Positions 12,409 through 25,859 of a DNA stretch of 64,000 bases are shown one piece after another. Origin of the DNA: Fimicolochytrium jonesii (Eukaryota); the NCBI RefSeq assembly GCF_025526975.1, contig NW_026515701.1, positions 62,001 to 126,000 on the forward strand, written 5' to 3'. The notes under the pieces were generated by a model. It was not told where the DNA came from, searched no databases, and saw only the letters and a list, made by a program, of their open reading frames with translations. Made by a program: the position numbers and the translations under genes. How positions within the stretch are numbered: the first letter of the stretch is position 1; each line of letters starts with the position of its first letter.

Positions 12409-15400
12409 TCATCGCCACAAGGCTGTGATCTTCTTCCCCTGTGCCTTGAAACCCCGACCAGAAACGTTAGATTGAGACGTCGGAAACCCAAACATCGCAT
12501 TGTCAGGGTCGAATAACTCACCATCCTCTTGACAACGCTAATCCCCGCCAAACACGCCGTAATGGTCATTAACAAGGCCGAGTAGTTGAAATCCTCACTA
12601 ATGACGTCGAATGTTTTGCTCGGATTCCTCCGCACACAGAAAATATCCAGTCCCCATGCGATCGCCAGTGACGTGGATTCCATCTTTGTTGCTGCCGCCA
12701 GCACGTTGCTGATTCCAGGGACATGGAGATCGTAGTTGGCAACGTCGCGGGAGAAGAAGTCGAGGACGGGGCGGTAGGGGTATAGCATCTCTTCCTTTTC
12801 GTCGGCGGTGGGCGCACCCACGGGCCGGCGAGGATCCAACCATCGTTTATTGACGCCGTAGAGATGACCTTCATCTAGTCCAACTAGATACAGCAAAGGA
12901 GCAGGATCTGTCAATGGTGACCCTACATGCTTGCGTCGGGGATGCCGTGGACTTACAGAGTAGTTCCTTCGTGGTAATCCCGGCTTTGGTGATCGTCGAT
13001 CCAATGGCGTTGATCCTCCTCGCGAAGGCATAGGATTGAGAGATGACATGCGGCCGCTTTGCCTGGAATGACGAGAAGACATCGCTATATGCCAAACAGA
13101 GGTTGTAAGCAGCTGATCTGTCCCTCGTGTCAATACTTCTTCACTCAGATCAACTCACCTCTCGATCCTCTGATCCGGTTTAGCGCTTTCAAAGAGTTCG
13201 AATACGACAATCTCGTACGTCTTGACATTCGGTACCCCAATGTCCTCCTGCTTCTGCTGCGTTCCGGCCTTCTTCTTTCGTCTGCGAATCTTAGGCTTGG
13301 TCTCCTGCGCTTGCTCATCCATAGCCTCCGCCTCGGAAGGAGCTTCCCTTGTAGCAGCCTCCGGCCCGTGATTCCAGTATGTAAGAACCGCCCAGTTGTC
13401 AACCTGCGCAACGTGAATCGAAGGCACATCGGTTGAGACATGACCCGCGCCATCGTGTTCCGACCGATAGTGCGTGGTGCCAGTTACAACGTCCAAAAGG
13501 TAGAAATACGTGGCGGACGAGAATGATGGGTCTGAAGCATTCGTTCCTGTTTGCTTGAGAGTGGCCAGAGCGAGCAAGTTCGGGTTGAGGTACTTGTACA
13601 GCACGGATCGGTCGCCCAGAACTCGTCCAACCGAGGCAATGTTTTCCACTTTTGGCGGATTGCCGATTGCCGCAATCTTCTCGCCGGGGGGAAACTGAAT
13701 CTTCCACGCTGGGGCCAGGGAGTATTCCCCAGATTTGGAGATTTCTGCAACATAGCCGTCAATGGTTGCCGCACCAACACCGTCAGTGAGGTATACACGG
13801 AACTCAGGCAAGAAACGCTCAAAAGCCTCTTGTGCAGGCTTTGTTGAAGGTGAGACGCGGATCTTCTTGTCCGCTCCGATGAGAGCAATGATGTGCGTTC
13901 GCTCCTCAGCTTCTTCCGCGGGGAGTTTGATGACTTTTTGCGAGACCGGGAAGCGTTCCAATGCGGATGCCGGATCTACCGCTTCGCCAGTCAACGCGTT
14001 GAAACGGTAGATGACGGTGTCACCCTGCAATTTTGAGAAGTAAGGTCAGGTCCCACTCCGTTATGGTCCTGATTAGCGCCACCAATCTGCACCTTTCCAG
14101 ACTCGGCGATGGCCGCCAAAACCGGCGGGTACTTCACAACAGCACCCCGTACTGTCTCCAGTTGGCGGAACTTCAACTCAGGCAAAAACTTCTGCCACAC
14201 AGTATTTCCGCTCTCAGTGTTCACTGCGAGAAGCTTGCCCTTCTCCGTGGCAAAGATGACCAGTTTGCGAACTCCCAACATGTCCGCAAACAGCTCGTCC
14301 GATTTGCCCGCTGTACGATTTGTCAGATTCCAGATTTTCTCATCGAGACCCTTGAGGCCCTCAGCCAGCTGCGCGGGATAGTCCTGAAAAAGCACTCCTT
14401 TGAGATCGACACGTGATGGGGCGGAATGCCTGCATATAGCTCCTACCTGCAGTTTGACGAGATGGGTGCGTAAACGACGGAAGTACCGCTGTACTGGCGA
14501 TATGCTCGCTGTCTCTTCCGGCTGTTCATCTAATATGGCCAGTCTCGTCAAAATACTGCCTCAACAAGTCCTTGATCATTCTGATCCCTACCAAGCTCAT
14601 CATGTTCTTGCGAAAGCAGGCTCTTCTCGGGCAAATCGACATATTCAGCCACGGCGCTGGCGGTCAACGATTCATCTTTGGACCATACTACTCGTCCATC
14701 CTTCAGAACATGAGTGGACCCATCTTCGGAAACGGCAAAGATGGAAAAGGCAGGCGTTCCATCCTTCTTCACGAATACATCCAGGAAAGCCTAGCGAACG
14801 AGCGGCGTTAGTAGCCAGCTACGAGAATGATGCGCCTCATCGAGCATTCACTAGTGCTCAGATATCTGTAGTAAGCCCAACATTCCACCGAGGGACGTCA
14901 AAGAGTCCCTTCAAGGTTGTAGGAATCCAATCGTCGTCATCTCTGCACCACTGGCCTTAGATGGACCTGTATGTGCTCACCTTCTTGATGTGTCCATGAG
15001 CCTTGGCGTCGAATGGAATCTGGAATGTGCCGATGGGCTTGAGGGCCGAAACATCCACGAGATCGACGTTGACCTACAACAATCCATGTCAATTTACCGC
15101 TCGCACGTGGATCTCGTTTTGTTCCGAAGCGCACCTGTTGACCCGTCTCCGCTACAGAAGCGATGTAGCTTACGCCAACCGCTTGGGAACTCGCGACGAG
15201 AGTCTTTTGCCCCTTCTACATTTGGCTATAAGTAAAGTGTTGAACGTGAAGGAATGGTTATTCAGAACGAACCTGAGTCTGGAAGCTGTGAAGGCGTGTT
15301 TTCGGATTGCGAACGATGTGCAATCCCTCATCATTCGTAAGTGCAATCTCTGGGTGAGTGATATCAGAGTGCAGGACGGCTGTGACTTTCGAAGTTGGCA

Positions 15401-16493
15401 GCTGGAAGACCTATAATCGATTGTGTTACGCCTGACGTCCGAGGATCCTCCGTGATCTCTCTCTGAATTGACGCATTACCTTTCCGAGATCCTCAACCTC
15501 AGCAGGCTGGCCCAGTAGGTGTCTGTAAGCCGTCTCCGCGCTATTCCAAAGCAAGTAGGCCAGCTCCCCATCGCCAACAAGGTGGATGTCCTCAAGGCGG
15601 CTAATGAGCCCGTGGGGTGGCTGGTATTCATCCTCAATCTGACCGCTGTTCTTATCCACCTTCAGGACGGAAACTACGAACCCTCCTGCATTTGCCTTTC
15701 CACCGACAATGTACAAGGCGTTTTTTTGATCGAGTGCCTTCGTATATGTTGCTCCACTTTTCGAAATAGCTCGCCACACCACTTCGCCATCTTGACTAAT
15801 TCGCGACGCGGTGTTGCCTCCGGTCACGGTGACAATGTCGTCTCCCTGGAAGATCGCGTCTGCCGGTGCAGCGAGGTCCTTCACCTCCGACACGAGCTCC
15901 CACTCCATGCTTCCTGTCTCGGAATCCCATAATCTCGTGTTCAGAGTCCCTCTCCCCGAAATGGATATAAGTCCTATAGATCGAACCATGTTAGACCTTG
16001 AGTGACCAGTCCCATCCGCCCACAACGTCCCTCCCTACCTTGCGTTCCGGAGCGCAGCGCTTTGAGCTCGTCAGAAGGATCCAACACTTGTCTCCACACT
16101 ATAACGTCAAACACCCCGGCCTTTAGTTCGCTGACCTTTGGTGATGGAAGTGACTGGGTGATCTACCATTTGACCCGTCCCGTGGGTTGACCGAGGCAAT
16201 AACGTTCTTCTCAGTGCCTACAATTAGCTGCGGCTTCCCATGTGGGCGGTTATATGAAACGAATCGTGGTGTACCAACTAATGGTCTATGCCTTCAACGT
16301 GCGGAAAGCCAGTGAGAAAAAGCGATGCCGCGTACCAGCCTTGTTCAAAGATGCCTCACCAGTCTCCTTGGCCAACTTGGTCCGCATGAATTCCCGCGAA
16401 AGCGCCTGACAGACAGACGGACAGGAGAATTAGAAAAGCAAGCAGGGCGCGAGGCGCCCGCTGTGCCAGTGGCGACGTCAAGTTATGGCCCAT
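12409..16493 (-). CDS. EMC1: ER membrane protein complex subunit 1
   Basis: Signal peptide followed by IHADQVGQGDW. Later GRVLGDRSVLYKYLNPNL, GITTKELL, WLDPRRP, ESTSLAIAWGLDIF and PSKTFDVISEDF, then a C-terminal TM and ...ALWR*. Confidence 0.95.
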
Positions 16494-17082
16494 CTTGCGC
16501 GGCCTGTCCCTCTGACGATGTTGAATGTGCTGAAAAGGGTCGGTGATCTGATGTCCCACGGCTAAGGCTTGCGGGGACAGCGGTCCGCAACTAGGCGCGT
16601 CTGCTTCAACGTGGCGCAGTCCATTTGACAAGTTCATGGAAGTTCATTCTTGTTCTCGATGGCTCATCCCCATCTTCGTCGCCATCCCCAGCAACTTGGC
16701 CGTCCATCCAGATTGCTGTGTACTAACGAGTGGAGTGCGCATGCAGACGTATATATATAGTACAACTTCATGATACAGGCGGTGAGCTCTAGTTTCCAGT
16801 CAAAACTAACCGTAACACGCAAGGCGTGCTACCGTCGGGAATTTAAGCTTGTGTTTGTTCGTGTTCCAATGGAAAGCGGCGCAAGATGGACCTATTTTGC
16901 GAACAGGAGCTGTGGCGCCGGGGCCCGGCGAAGCGTTCTGAAGGACAAATAGGAGGGCAGCATACTATCACTTTCGACCTCGCAAATCTCGCTTCCACGA
17001 CAATAACATATCTCGCGTTCACGATACCGTCGACGTGCTTTACTCGTAGAATAATATCGGACTAGAGCTAAGAAAGGAAGCC

Positions 17083-18336
17083 ATGCGTTTCCCTACAATA
17101 ATCCTCACGGGCCTATTTCTCGCGACCGGGACCGGTTCTGTGCACGCCATTTCGATCGTGGACGCTTTGAAAGCGAGCTCGGGAACCAGCATCGCTCAGG
17201 CTGCCATCGCTGCCAACCCGCAGTGGGCCGCCGCCGGGCAAAAGACTCTGATTGTTCCTACGGATGCAGCAATCAATTCCGCTAGAACTGCTGGATACTT
17301 GACACAAAATGAAACGGGCATAGTGTTCCTAACTACCGCGACAAACCATAAAGATGTCGCCAACTATAAGATTTTGAAAGCCCCTCAGACAGCGTTGCTC
17401 TTCGGTATTTGGCTTCATTTCTAAGATTTGATAGTTGTCTCCATCTGCTGAAACATTCTTCGCATGATGCGCTATCTAGACAATTACGTGCCTCAGGGAC
17501 CCCCCGAGGTTCATGTCCGGTCATCCACCCAACAGGGCTTGATCACCGCGAACGTCGATTGTGATGACGGTTTCTTCTACGTGTCCAACATCCCTTTTGA
17601 AACTGCGGTGGTCCCATCCCGCGCCATCGTCCTCAACCCAGGCGCTACTTCGTTTTTGGCTCTATTCACGAAATACAACCTTGTCCAGACCCTCGACTCC
17701 CTGACGGGCGTGACAATCTTTGTTCCCACGAACGCAGCCATCGCTGCCGCTCAGACTCGCTTGGCTGCATTGACCCCGAATCAGGTCGCATATGTGCTCG
17801 CTTCGCACATTGTCCGGCCTACAAAGTTCAGCACGGAGATGGAGACAGGGAGCCTTGCTGCGCTCAGCGGAGTGAGCTTGCCGTACGTCGTCTCTGGCGA
17901 GAGTGCCACCGTCGGCGGCGTTGCCATTGGCGCGCTGGTCGACGTCCCGACATCCGCGGGTTCAATCCTGACCGTGAATGCGGTCATCATTCCGGCAACC
18001 CTGCCTCCCGCTGACTCGAATGCGAATGCCGCAGTTACCACCTTCGGCACAGTCGCTGTTGTAGGAGCTACCTCGGCCACTACCGCCACGTCTACCAGTG
18101 CCAGTGCCAGTGCCAGTACTAGTTCCAGTACCAGTGCATCGACCACTGCGACCGCGGCTACCACCACTGCTACCGCCACAACCACGGCTACCACGTCAAG
18201 CTCGACCCCTGCTGTCTCGTCGACGTCGTCCACAGCTCGAACCACTGACGACGCGAAATCCGGTGCGGGCCAGATTGCCGGCTCGTTGGCTGGTCTGCTG
18301 GCCGCTGGTGCCGTTGGGTTGGCTGGGGTTTTGTGA
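17083..18336 (+). CDS. Secreted, probably GPI-anchored fasciclin (FAS1)-domain protein with Ser/Thr stalk
   Basis: Signal peptide, FAS1 H1 motifs TLIVPTDAAI and TIFVPTNAAI, YVLASHIV, and H2-like GSILTVNAVIIP. Thr/Ser-rich tail and hydrophobic C-terminus. Intron 17405-17479. Confidence 0.85.
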
Positions 18337-18635
18337 TGGTTTTCATAGCAGTTGATCGATTGATCCTTTGAGAGGGCGCTACGTAGCAGTTTAGTTAAAT
18401 AAAATCACATCTTCAAACAGTTATACACGTACAGGTTCGGTTGTGAGAACTACCTCGGTCGGAGGAGACTGGACGCTGTGGCCGTTCGGAGAAGGGCGAT
18501 ACCACTGCATGCGCCCATTGTGCTCATTTGCAAGTCGGGTAAGGTTCATGGATACAAACTCAACGTAAGCTGCCCCCTCTCGGATAATGGAGCTCTCTTT
18601 ATTGAACTATGTAACGGACTATACTACGGTCGCAA

Positions 18636-19658
18636 TTACATCTCGTCATCCGAAGCGAACAGGTCCTCTTCTGGGAAGTCCCCAACTGTGACACGCTCAG
18701 GTCGGACCAACACGCCGTGTTTGTTGGGGCATGAAAAGTACTTTACACCTTGCACGCTGAAATTTATAGAGGCAACGTCAGCACACTGCCCCTGTCTTCG
18801 AATGAAGCAGCGGTGACAGCCTACCTTCCGTCGTGCTTCCCTAACGGCTCATCATACTCCACGCCAACCCAGAACCCTGGTTTGAACTCCACATTGCCCA
18901 CAAATCTGACAGTGCCTCTTTTGCGCATCGACTGACCAACAACTTCAGTGTTGGCTTCCGGTGCAACCTCGCATCTGTCTCCAGGTTTCATTGCCGGTGG
19001 TGTTTCCGGGCGTTCAGGTTCCGTCGGAGAGTCGGGTTGTTCGGCGAACTTGCCGCGTTTGTTCCGTTTGAGGAATGCGCGCACTGAGTCTAATATTATG
19101 GTGGTGGGAAGTAGTCGTCAGAGAGCCTAATTTTGAAACTTCACAAGTGATCAATGAAGGACACATACCAGTTCGTTTGTCATACTCAGCATCCGTAATC
19201 TCGAATTTCTCCACCTGCGACACATCACTGAATTCATTCCGCCGGCGCCGTGGGTTCAGATCTGTCACCTACACCGCATCAGTGGATCAGCACCTCCAAT
19301 CTCATCTGTGGAAACCTAACCAGAGATCGCATTTCCGACCTGCAGCCGCATGAAGTCCTCCACCGGGTAGTATCCCAGCATCTTTTCGTCATCATCCATA
19401 GATCCAACCAATTGATCTGTTGACGTATACAAGCTTATTTTCATGGTCGCTGCGGGCACACCCGTTATCGGTTCTAGTCTTTCCTGTGATGCTTCCAAGT
19501 CAGTTTTCCTCAGACTAGAAAATGAGCGGTGCATTCCCATCTTAACTTACCTTTAGGCGCTCAATGGTAATACTTTTATCAAATCGTCTCTCGGAGGCAG
19601 CGCCTTCACTCGCCACGAAGACCGTCACGATCGGATTTGAGGTTGGTTGGGATAGCAT
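18636..19658 (-). CDS. TBCB: Tubulin-folding cofactor B (Ubl + CAP-Gly)
   Basis: [44 protein letters not shown]-Gly [17 protein letters not shown], and the end [16 protein letters not shown]. Confidence 0.95.
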
Positions 19659-20224
19659 TTTCGGATAAGGAAAAGGTGGCGTAGGAGGAGGGTTACGAAG
19701 AAAGCTGCTTCCGTGGAGCCTGGTAGTTCCTATGCAGTGCGTGCTCTATAGACCGATATTCGGCTTTCCTGTAGGTTTCTGGAGGATATCGAGGCTCGAG
19801 ATGGGGGACTTTTTGAATGCGAAGGGCAGGCGACTGGGCAGGCGAAGCGTCCATAATTCACGCGCGGCTTTGCGATTTTGCGAATATTAACTTCTCTGCA
19901 CGGGCAACGCATGTCCGATGTTGGAATAAAGCCAGGACAGCCTGGATCTGGAAAGCACGACACCCCGTTTACTTCATCGCAAGTAGGAAGTAGCGGACAT
20001 GGACTTCGCGGAGCAACTAGCGTTCGGTCGAGAGCAGGCAGCGAAGCGATTTAAAGCTAGTCAAGGCCAGGACGTAAGCGCCGCGGCCTGTCGCGACTAC
20101 CCTCTGTCCACCGTCGCCCCGGCCAGCGCTCCCTGAACGCTCACCGTTCACACCTACAACACCTACACAACTAAAGAGAGAGCACTCTGGAGACGAGGTC
20201 ACTGTTCGACACCAGACCCCTCCA

Positions 20225-22522
20225 ATGCCTCCCACTCGCCAAGCCGCTTCTTCCGACGACGGAGTAGCTGTCCTGTATCACCACCTCCCGACACCTCCCG
20301 CTCGTCAAAAAGCGAAGGTAGATAAAGGGAAGCGAAATATTTGGGCAATTGATCAACAATGCGTGGATTTGACGAACGACGAAGATTGGTGTCCACAGTC
20401 AGAAGCACCGCCTCTCGGAATGAGCAGCGGCTTGAAGCGAGAAAGATGGGAGGTTGACATCGGGACGACACTGAAGCAGGAGAACCGTAACACTGAGCTG
20501 GGTGGCGGAGTCAAGCAGGATGCATGGGCGTCCGGGTCGCGGTATGGACTCAAGCAAGAAGGGTGGAAGGTTGAGGACGGTATCATTCCGAAAGGGGAGG
20601 ATTGGTCCAGATTGCTGGACGCTGAGTTGAACCAGGAAGGATGGAAAATTGAGGAAGGCATTGCAGCCAACTCCAAGCAGGAGGGTGGACCAGCAAGCGA
20701 ATCGAAGCTCGGGCAAATAACTCTGATCAACCACAGGCCTGAAGCTGTCATACCGAACCCGGCTCCGCAGCAAGTCCTCGCATCGGTGGATGTCGAAGGT
20801 TCACTGTACGCTGAACCGCCCTTACTTAACGAACAAAGGCTACTCGATTATCAGGAGCCGCATGTAGACCACATGCTTGGCGTCTTCGCTCGAGGCAATC
20901 GAGGTATAGACGCGTCGGAAACCGGAACGGGGAAGACATACTGCACGATTGAAATGGCACAGCGGCTCAAACTGAGGCCCTTCATTATATGCCCCAAGTC
21001 CGTCATTCTGAGCTGGATAGACGTCGCCAAAAAGTTCGAAGTTGAACTGCTTGGAATAGCCGGATACGAGCAATTGCGGGGTTGTCGATACTTCACAGGT
21101 GGCACATTGGACTCGGCGGATTCCCCTTACATCAGGAAACAGCACATTCAGCGGGAAGAGCCGGAAGCACCACAAGATTCAAACGAGCCATACAGAGCGC
21201 CGTACCACGTGTTCGAATTCGGCATGCCATCCGACGCAATGTTCGTATTTGACGAGGTGAAAATAGCACCCACCACTGGTTGGATTGACGTATGCCTCGC
21301 TATGCGACCATCCGCTAATGCATCCTCCCGGTCCAGGCGCATCGCTGTAAGAATCACGGAACCAGTACCTCGAGATTACTACAAGCAGCTATGCACCTCC
21401 CGAATAAAATTCTTCTATTGAGCGCCACGATATGCGACAAAGTCGATTGCTTCAAAGTGTTTGGGCTATTTTTCGGATTTTACGACAATTTACGTGGTAG
21501 ATATTCTTGAGGAATACTCTCAATTATGGGGCGAAATTTTCACCCAACTCTCTTGCCGCGAAGGCTATACCCACTGGATGCGCCGACAACTCCGAATGCG
21601 CAATTCGGAGCACGATTTCAAGGGAAGAAGAGGAGCGCAAAGTGGACGTATTCCATCGCGCCCTCACGCCTCGGTTCGGCCATCGAATTCGTATCGCGGA
21701 TCTCGGAGACCGTTTCGCCAAAAATGAGACCTCCTGCAAGTGTTACTGGTTGGAGCGGTCTTGAGAAGTGCAGCAACTGTATGAGGAAATCAAGGCCATA
21801 TTCGAGGAGCTGAGAGACAAAGAGTTGCGAGCGTCCGCTTTGGCCAGACTGATCCGCGCACGACAAAAGATTGAAATTCTAAGAATCCCGATCTTTGTGG
21901 AGAGCGCCGAAATGTACAGTCAGGAGGGCTTCTCCGTTGTCATCTTCACCAATTACACGGAAACCCTCACGCAACTGCAGGGGAAACTGGAGTGCGAATA
22001 CGTTGTTCACGGCCCGCAGACCATGGAGGAACGCGCAGCGGCCGTTGATGCATTTCAGCAGAACCGCACAAATCTTATCAGCTGCAACATCCAAGCTGGA
22101 GGCGTTGGCCTATCGTTACACGACGTGCATGGTGGTCACCCTCGAGTCGCCCTATTCAATCCCACCTGGAGTGGGCAGGATATGGTGCAGGGGCTTGGCA
22201 GGATTCGCCGAACAGGCGGCAAGTCTCCAACGCGCCAGTTCATTTTATTCGTGGGCGGGACGTATGAAGAGAGAATCAGCCAGCTTGTGCAACAAAAGAT
22301 GGCCATCTTGAGGGGGTGAATGATGGAAATTACAATATCGAAGATTTGCCGCAAGAGGATATACGGGTGTTGGGAGAGGCGTGTAACATGGAGAGCATGC
22401 TTAGGCAGGTTTTTTTTAGCACGCAGTATAGAGAAGGCAAGCCGTGGGCTGTGCATAGGTATGCCCAGCACTTGGCGTATCATTCGATCTTCTGTTGCAA
22501 CTTCCAATCCTTAATTTTGTAA
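20225..22522 (+). pseudogene. SF2 (SNF2/DEAH-like) helicase, probably pseudogenised
   Basis: Q motif LLDYQ, Walker A DASETGTGKT, ICPKSV, DE|AH split by intron 21257-21336, LLLSAT, GGVGLSLHD and QGLGRIRR. In-frame TGA at 21762-21764, a probable frameshift at about 22315, and a possible one at about 21620. Confidence 0.75.
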
Positions 22523-22576
22523 TTTTCTGTCGTCGGGAATATGTCATTGATATATATATGTCATATGGTTGCGTCT

Positions 22577-25500
22577 CTATATGTCTCTGCCCCTTCCATG
22601 AACTCTTGGCCCATCATTGGAGAGTCCGTCGATGTGGCGCCGCCCCTCGCTCTCCGATGGCAATGGTGTCCGCGCGATACGAGGACGGGTGGAGAACGCT
22701 TGCTCGATTTCTTGCTCCCTACGAAAAGTCAATGCGCATTTGGTCGGCGTCGAAGGCAAACCATGCGAAAGATTATGCTGACGAAAAACTTACTCCTCAG
22801 CAGATATCGGCCCCCTGTCCTTGTCTTTCTCCCGGACCCCGCCTTTCCCGCCTTTCCCGCCCCCTGGAACCGGTGGCAACGCCGGGCCACCAGCCCGTTT
22901 GCCCTTCAAGCCTTGAAGATGTTGTTGTCCAATGTTTGCTCCACCGGTACTGGAGTGACGCTGGAACTGCGGCGTTGCAGGCCGCGTGAGGGACGCGATT
23001 GTGCTCGCAGCGTTACTGGCGTTGGATTGAAGGCTAAAATCTCGGCGTCGCGGGGGCATCGGTGGGTGGCGGGATGACGAGGGTGATGGGGGACGGGTCG
23101 GCTTCTGAAGAGTGTATTTCTGCAGGACTAGCGCTGGGTTCACTGGGGCGTCGTCTGTGGAATGCAACGGAGAGGGGAGGAAATCGACTTCTACGCCTTC
23201 GTTCTCTTCCTCTTCCTCCTCTTCATCCTCGTCCTCCTCTTGTCCATCTTCGGAGATAGCGTCCGAGTCGGCCGACTGATTTGCAGAGTCTGTTTGGTCC
23301 TCTAGATGTACATGATAAATCTCCATTAGCAATCGAGACTTTTGAAAAGAGCATTCCTTCATTCCTGTAACAAAGAGCATACCGATGGCAAGCTGACCCA
23401 GCACAAAATCAATTTGTCCCACAAGCTGATCGTCTTCGGACTCTCGCATATATCTGAGCATGTCTTCCATGCCCATCGCGCGTGCGGCATCTCGCAGCGT
23501 AGGCTCGGTGAACAAGCTATATAGTGTGCCATTCACATATGTTTTCACCTGCGATGCGCGGAGGAATCTCTGTTTTAATGCGGTACAGGACAACGGGCGA
23601 GAGATAGACCTCTCACCTGCAGGCTCTCCACCTCCATCACCGCAGTCAACACTTTCAGGACTCTCTCCTCTCTCCCCATGCAGCACTCTCCCTTCCCTTT
23701 CTTCCTCAAACACAGGTTCATCATCAACGCAGCCGCGTACTCTACGGTTGGCTCCCCAAGCGCCTCCAAATCATCTGCATCCAGCAGCTCGATCAAGTAA
23801 GATACTGTTTTCGAGTCGTTCATTTGCGATTGTGCTCCCCGCCGCAACGAGAGTTTTTGCAATGATTGAAGGGTCTGCTGAAACAGATGTGATGTCGCTG
23901 GTTCCGACTTGAGGGTACGGAGAAGAGTTGGGATCAGTGTGCGGCTATGAAGAAGATACTCCCGCCCGCTTGATGCGGTTGTGAGTCTGTTGATGAGGAT
24001 GACGGTCTGAAGAAGTGTAGACGATGGTGATCTTTCAAGCAGGTTGTCCAAGAGTGGCTAATGAAAAAATTCGTCTGAGAAATAATGCGTCACAGAACGG
24101 CATAAGATGCGCTCCAACCTTTCCAGCTCTGATACCAAGCACATCTGAACCAAGATAAGTGTCGAACACTTTCCGGCGTTCTGCCAGTGTCGGGGGTTGG
24201 GCGGCCAGCTGTGGAAGGGAGAGACCATCTATCAGGAAGAGCTAAAGCGCCAAAAACCACCCGGTGCTGTGGACTCACCATCGTTAGTGCCTTCAACACA
24301 TCGGTAGCAACGTCAGGATTCTTTTGAAGATCGGTGGTGATCGCCTCGTAATTCAAGTACCGCTCCAATGAAGCCACAGGACCGTTCGATTGCGCTGGAA
24401 GCAATGATGGCGATGACGCCGCTCCCCCTAATTTCGAATGCATATGATCCGCCGCGCGAGCGGCATGGTTGTTTTGCACACTGCTGGACCGCTGTATATG
24501 TGATTGATGAGGCGGTAATGAGCGCGAGAACTGAAGGGTGGATGTTTAGCAGCAGCTGGATGTGACTATGAATCTTTCGGGCATACCTGATCTACCGAAC
24601 CACCTTTGCGCTGATTGCTTTGCTTGAATGTTGCGAGACGTTGGCAGACGCCTGCCAAGTACGCCGGGGTAATCTTACCAATCAAGTTGCTCGTATCGTG
24701 AGTATCCCCGCTCCATCGTTGATCCGAAGGCTGGAGACGCTTTACCTTTTGTCCGTGAATGCAGGCCGTCAAGGTCTGTACCAGTTCCGATGCAATCGTA
24801 ATAAGGTTGTGATAATCGCTCTAATAGGGGAGGGTGCGTCGGCGAAGCGCCATACCGAGGTTGAATATCAGAGCTTACTCACCTGAAGATCCCGATGTTT
24901 GCCAGCCCGCTCCGTGTCTTGTGATTCGAGGTCAGAAAACTTCTTTTTTAGATCTTCCAATTCTTTGGCATCACGCTGGGTTTATTCAGATGTCAGAGCA
25001 ATGCTTGCAAGAGCTTTGTCAAAGCGACGTACGTATAGCCGAGCAATGGGTCAACGCACCTCAGCATTCAGGAGCGTAAGCAACCTAGGCTTGACAACAG
25101 CCTTAAGGGAGTTCCGTAGGAATGATCTCAGTCGTCGCTCAAGGTCCGCGGCCCAGTCCTTTTCGAAGAGCTCCTTGAACGATGGGTGCTCTCGCGGATC
25201 CGGAATGTAAGGGAGGGCATAGTACGAAAGAAACTGGGGCGTTTTGGAAAGCTCTGATCCTCTCGTTTCCAAAAACTTTTTGAACGGCTCCATTGTTTGG
25301 GACAGCCCCTGGAGCTGTGATGACCGGCATCAGCTCAGAAGTCCTTTGGCGTCCCTCCAACTTGTTCATACCCGTGTTTGCGCATCTCCTTCCGTCTGAA
25401 ACAGCGGCCACACAGCAAAGTAAATGTTCACCAGGAACTCCAGCTTTCCATACACGGGATCTGATAGGCGCCAAGAACTCGGGAAGCAGTCATCCCAAAG

Positions 25501-25859
25501 CTTGAAAAACGGGGATCGTTCTCCTTTATGGAAGGCATCGAGAAATGTTGCCTGGGAACGAGGTGATTGAGCGATTGAAAGAGTAGGCAAAACGGCATGA
25601 TGGGCCGATTTCTGACCTCCTTCTGGATCACCGCTGTAATTATAGCATCGTCATCGCCTCCATCAGCAGGCGCTTTCCTTCGGCCTTTCTCACCGATCTC
25701 GGCGTCAAATGCTTCCAAGGAAGTTTGATATTCGGCGTAGCTCAAGTACTATTCGAAAGGAATACTGCCATGAGTGCACTTGTGGGCCATTCAGAGCTGA
25801 GTTTCATGTCATACCTCTCGGACAGCAACATTGAGCTCGATTTCTTGATCGACGTTCAT
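22577..25859 (-). CDS. ARMC9: LisH domain-containing ciliary protein ARMC9
   Basis: LisH-like ELNVAVREYLSYAEYQTSLEAF, KLEFLVNIYFAV, FLETRGSELSKTPQFLSYYALPYIPDPREHPSFKELF, LQKLSLRRGAQSQM, EYAAALMMNLCLR, YVNGTLYSL and the C-terminal AFSTRPRIARTP exon. Confidence 0.92.

Noticed and set aside
17781..18245. Val/Ala-rich minus-strand ORF
   Set aside because: Mirror of the Thr/Ser-rich fasciclin stalk.
21762..21764. Selenocysteine or readthrough at the in-frame TGA of the helicase
   Set aside because: The position is not catalytic, no SECIS was recognised, and a nearby frameshift favours pseudogenisation.
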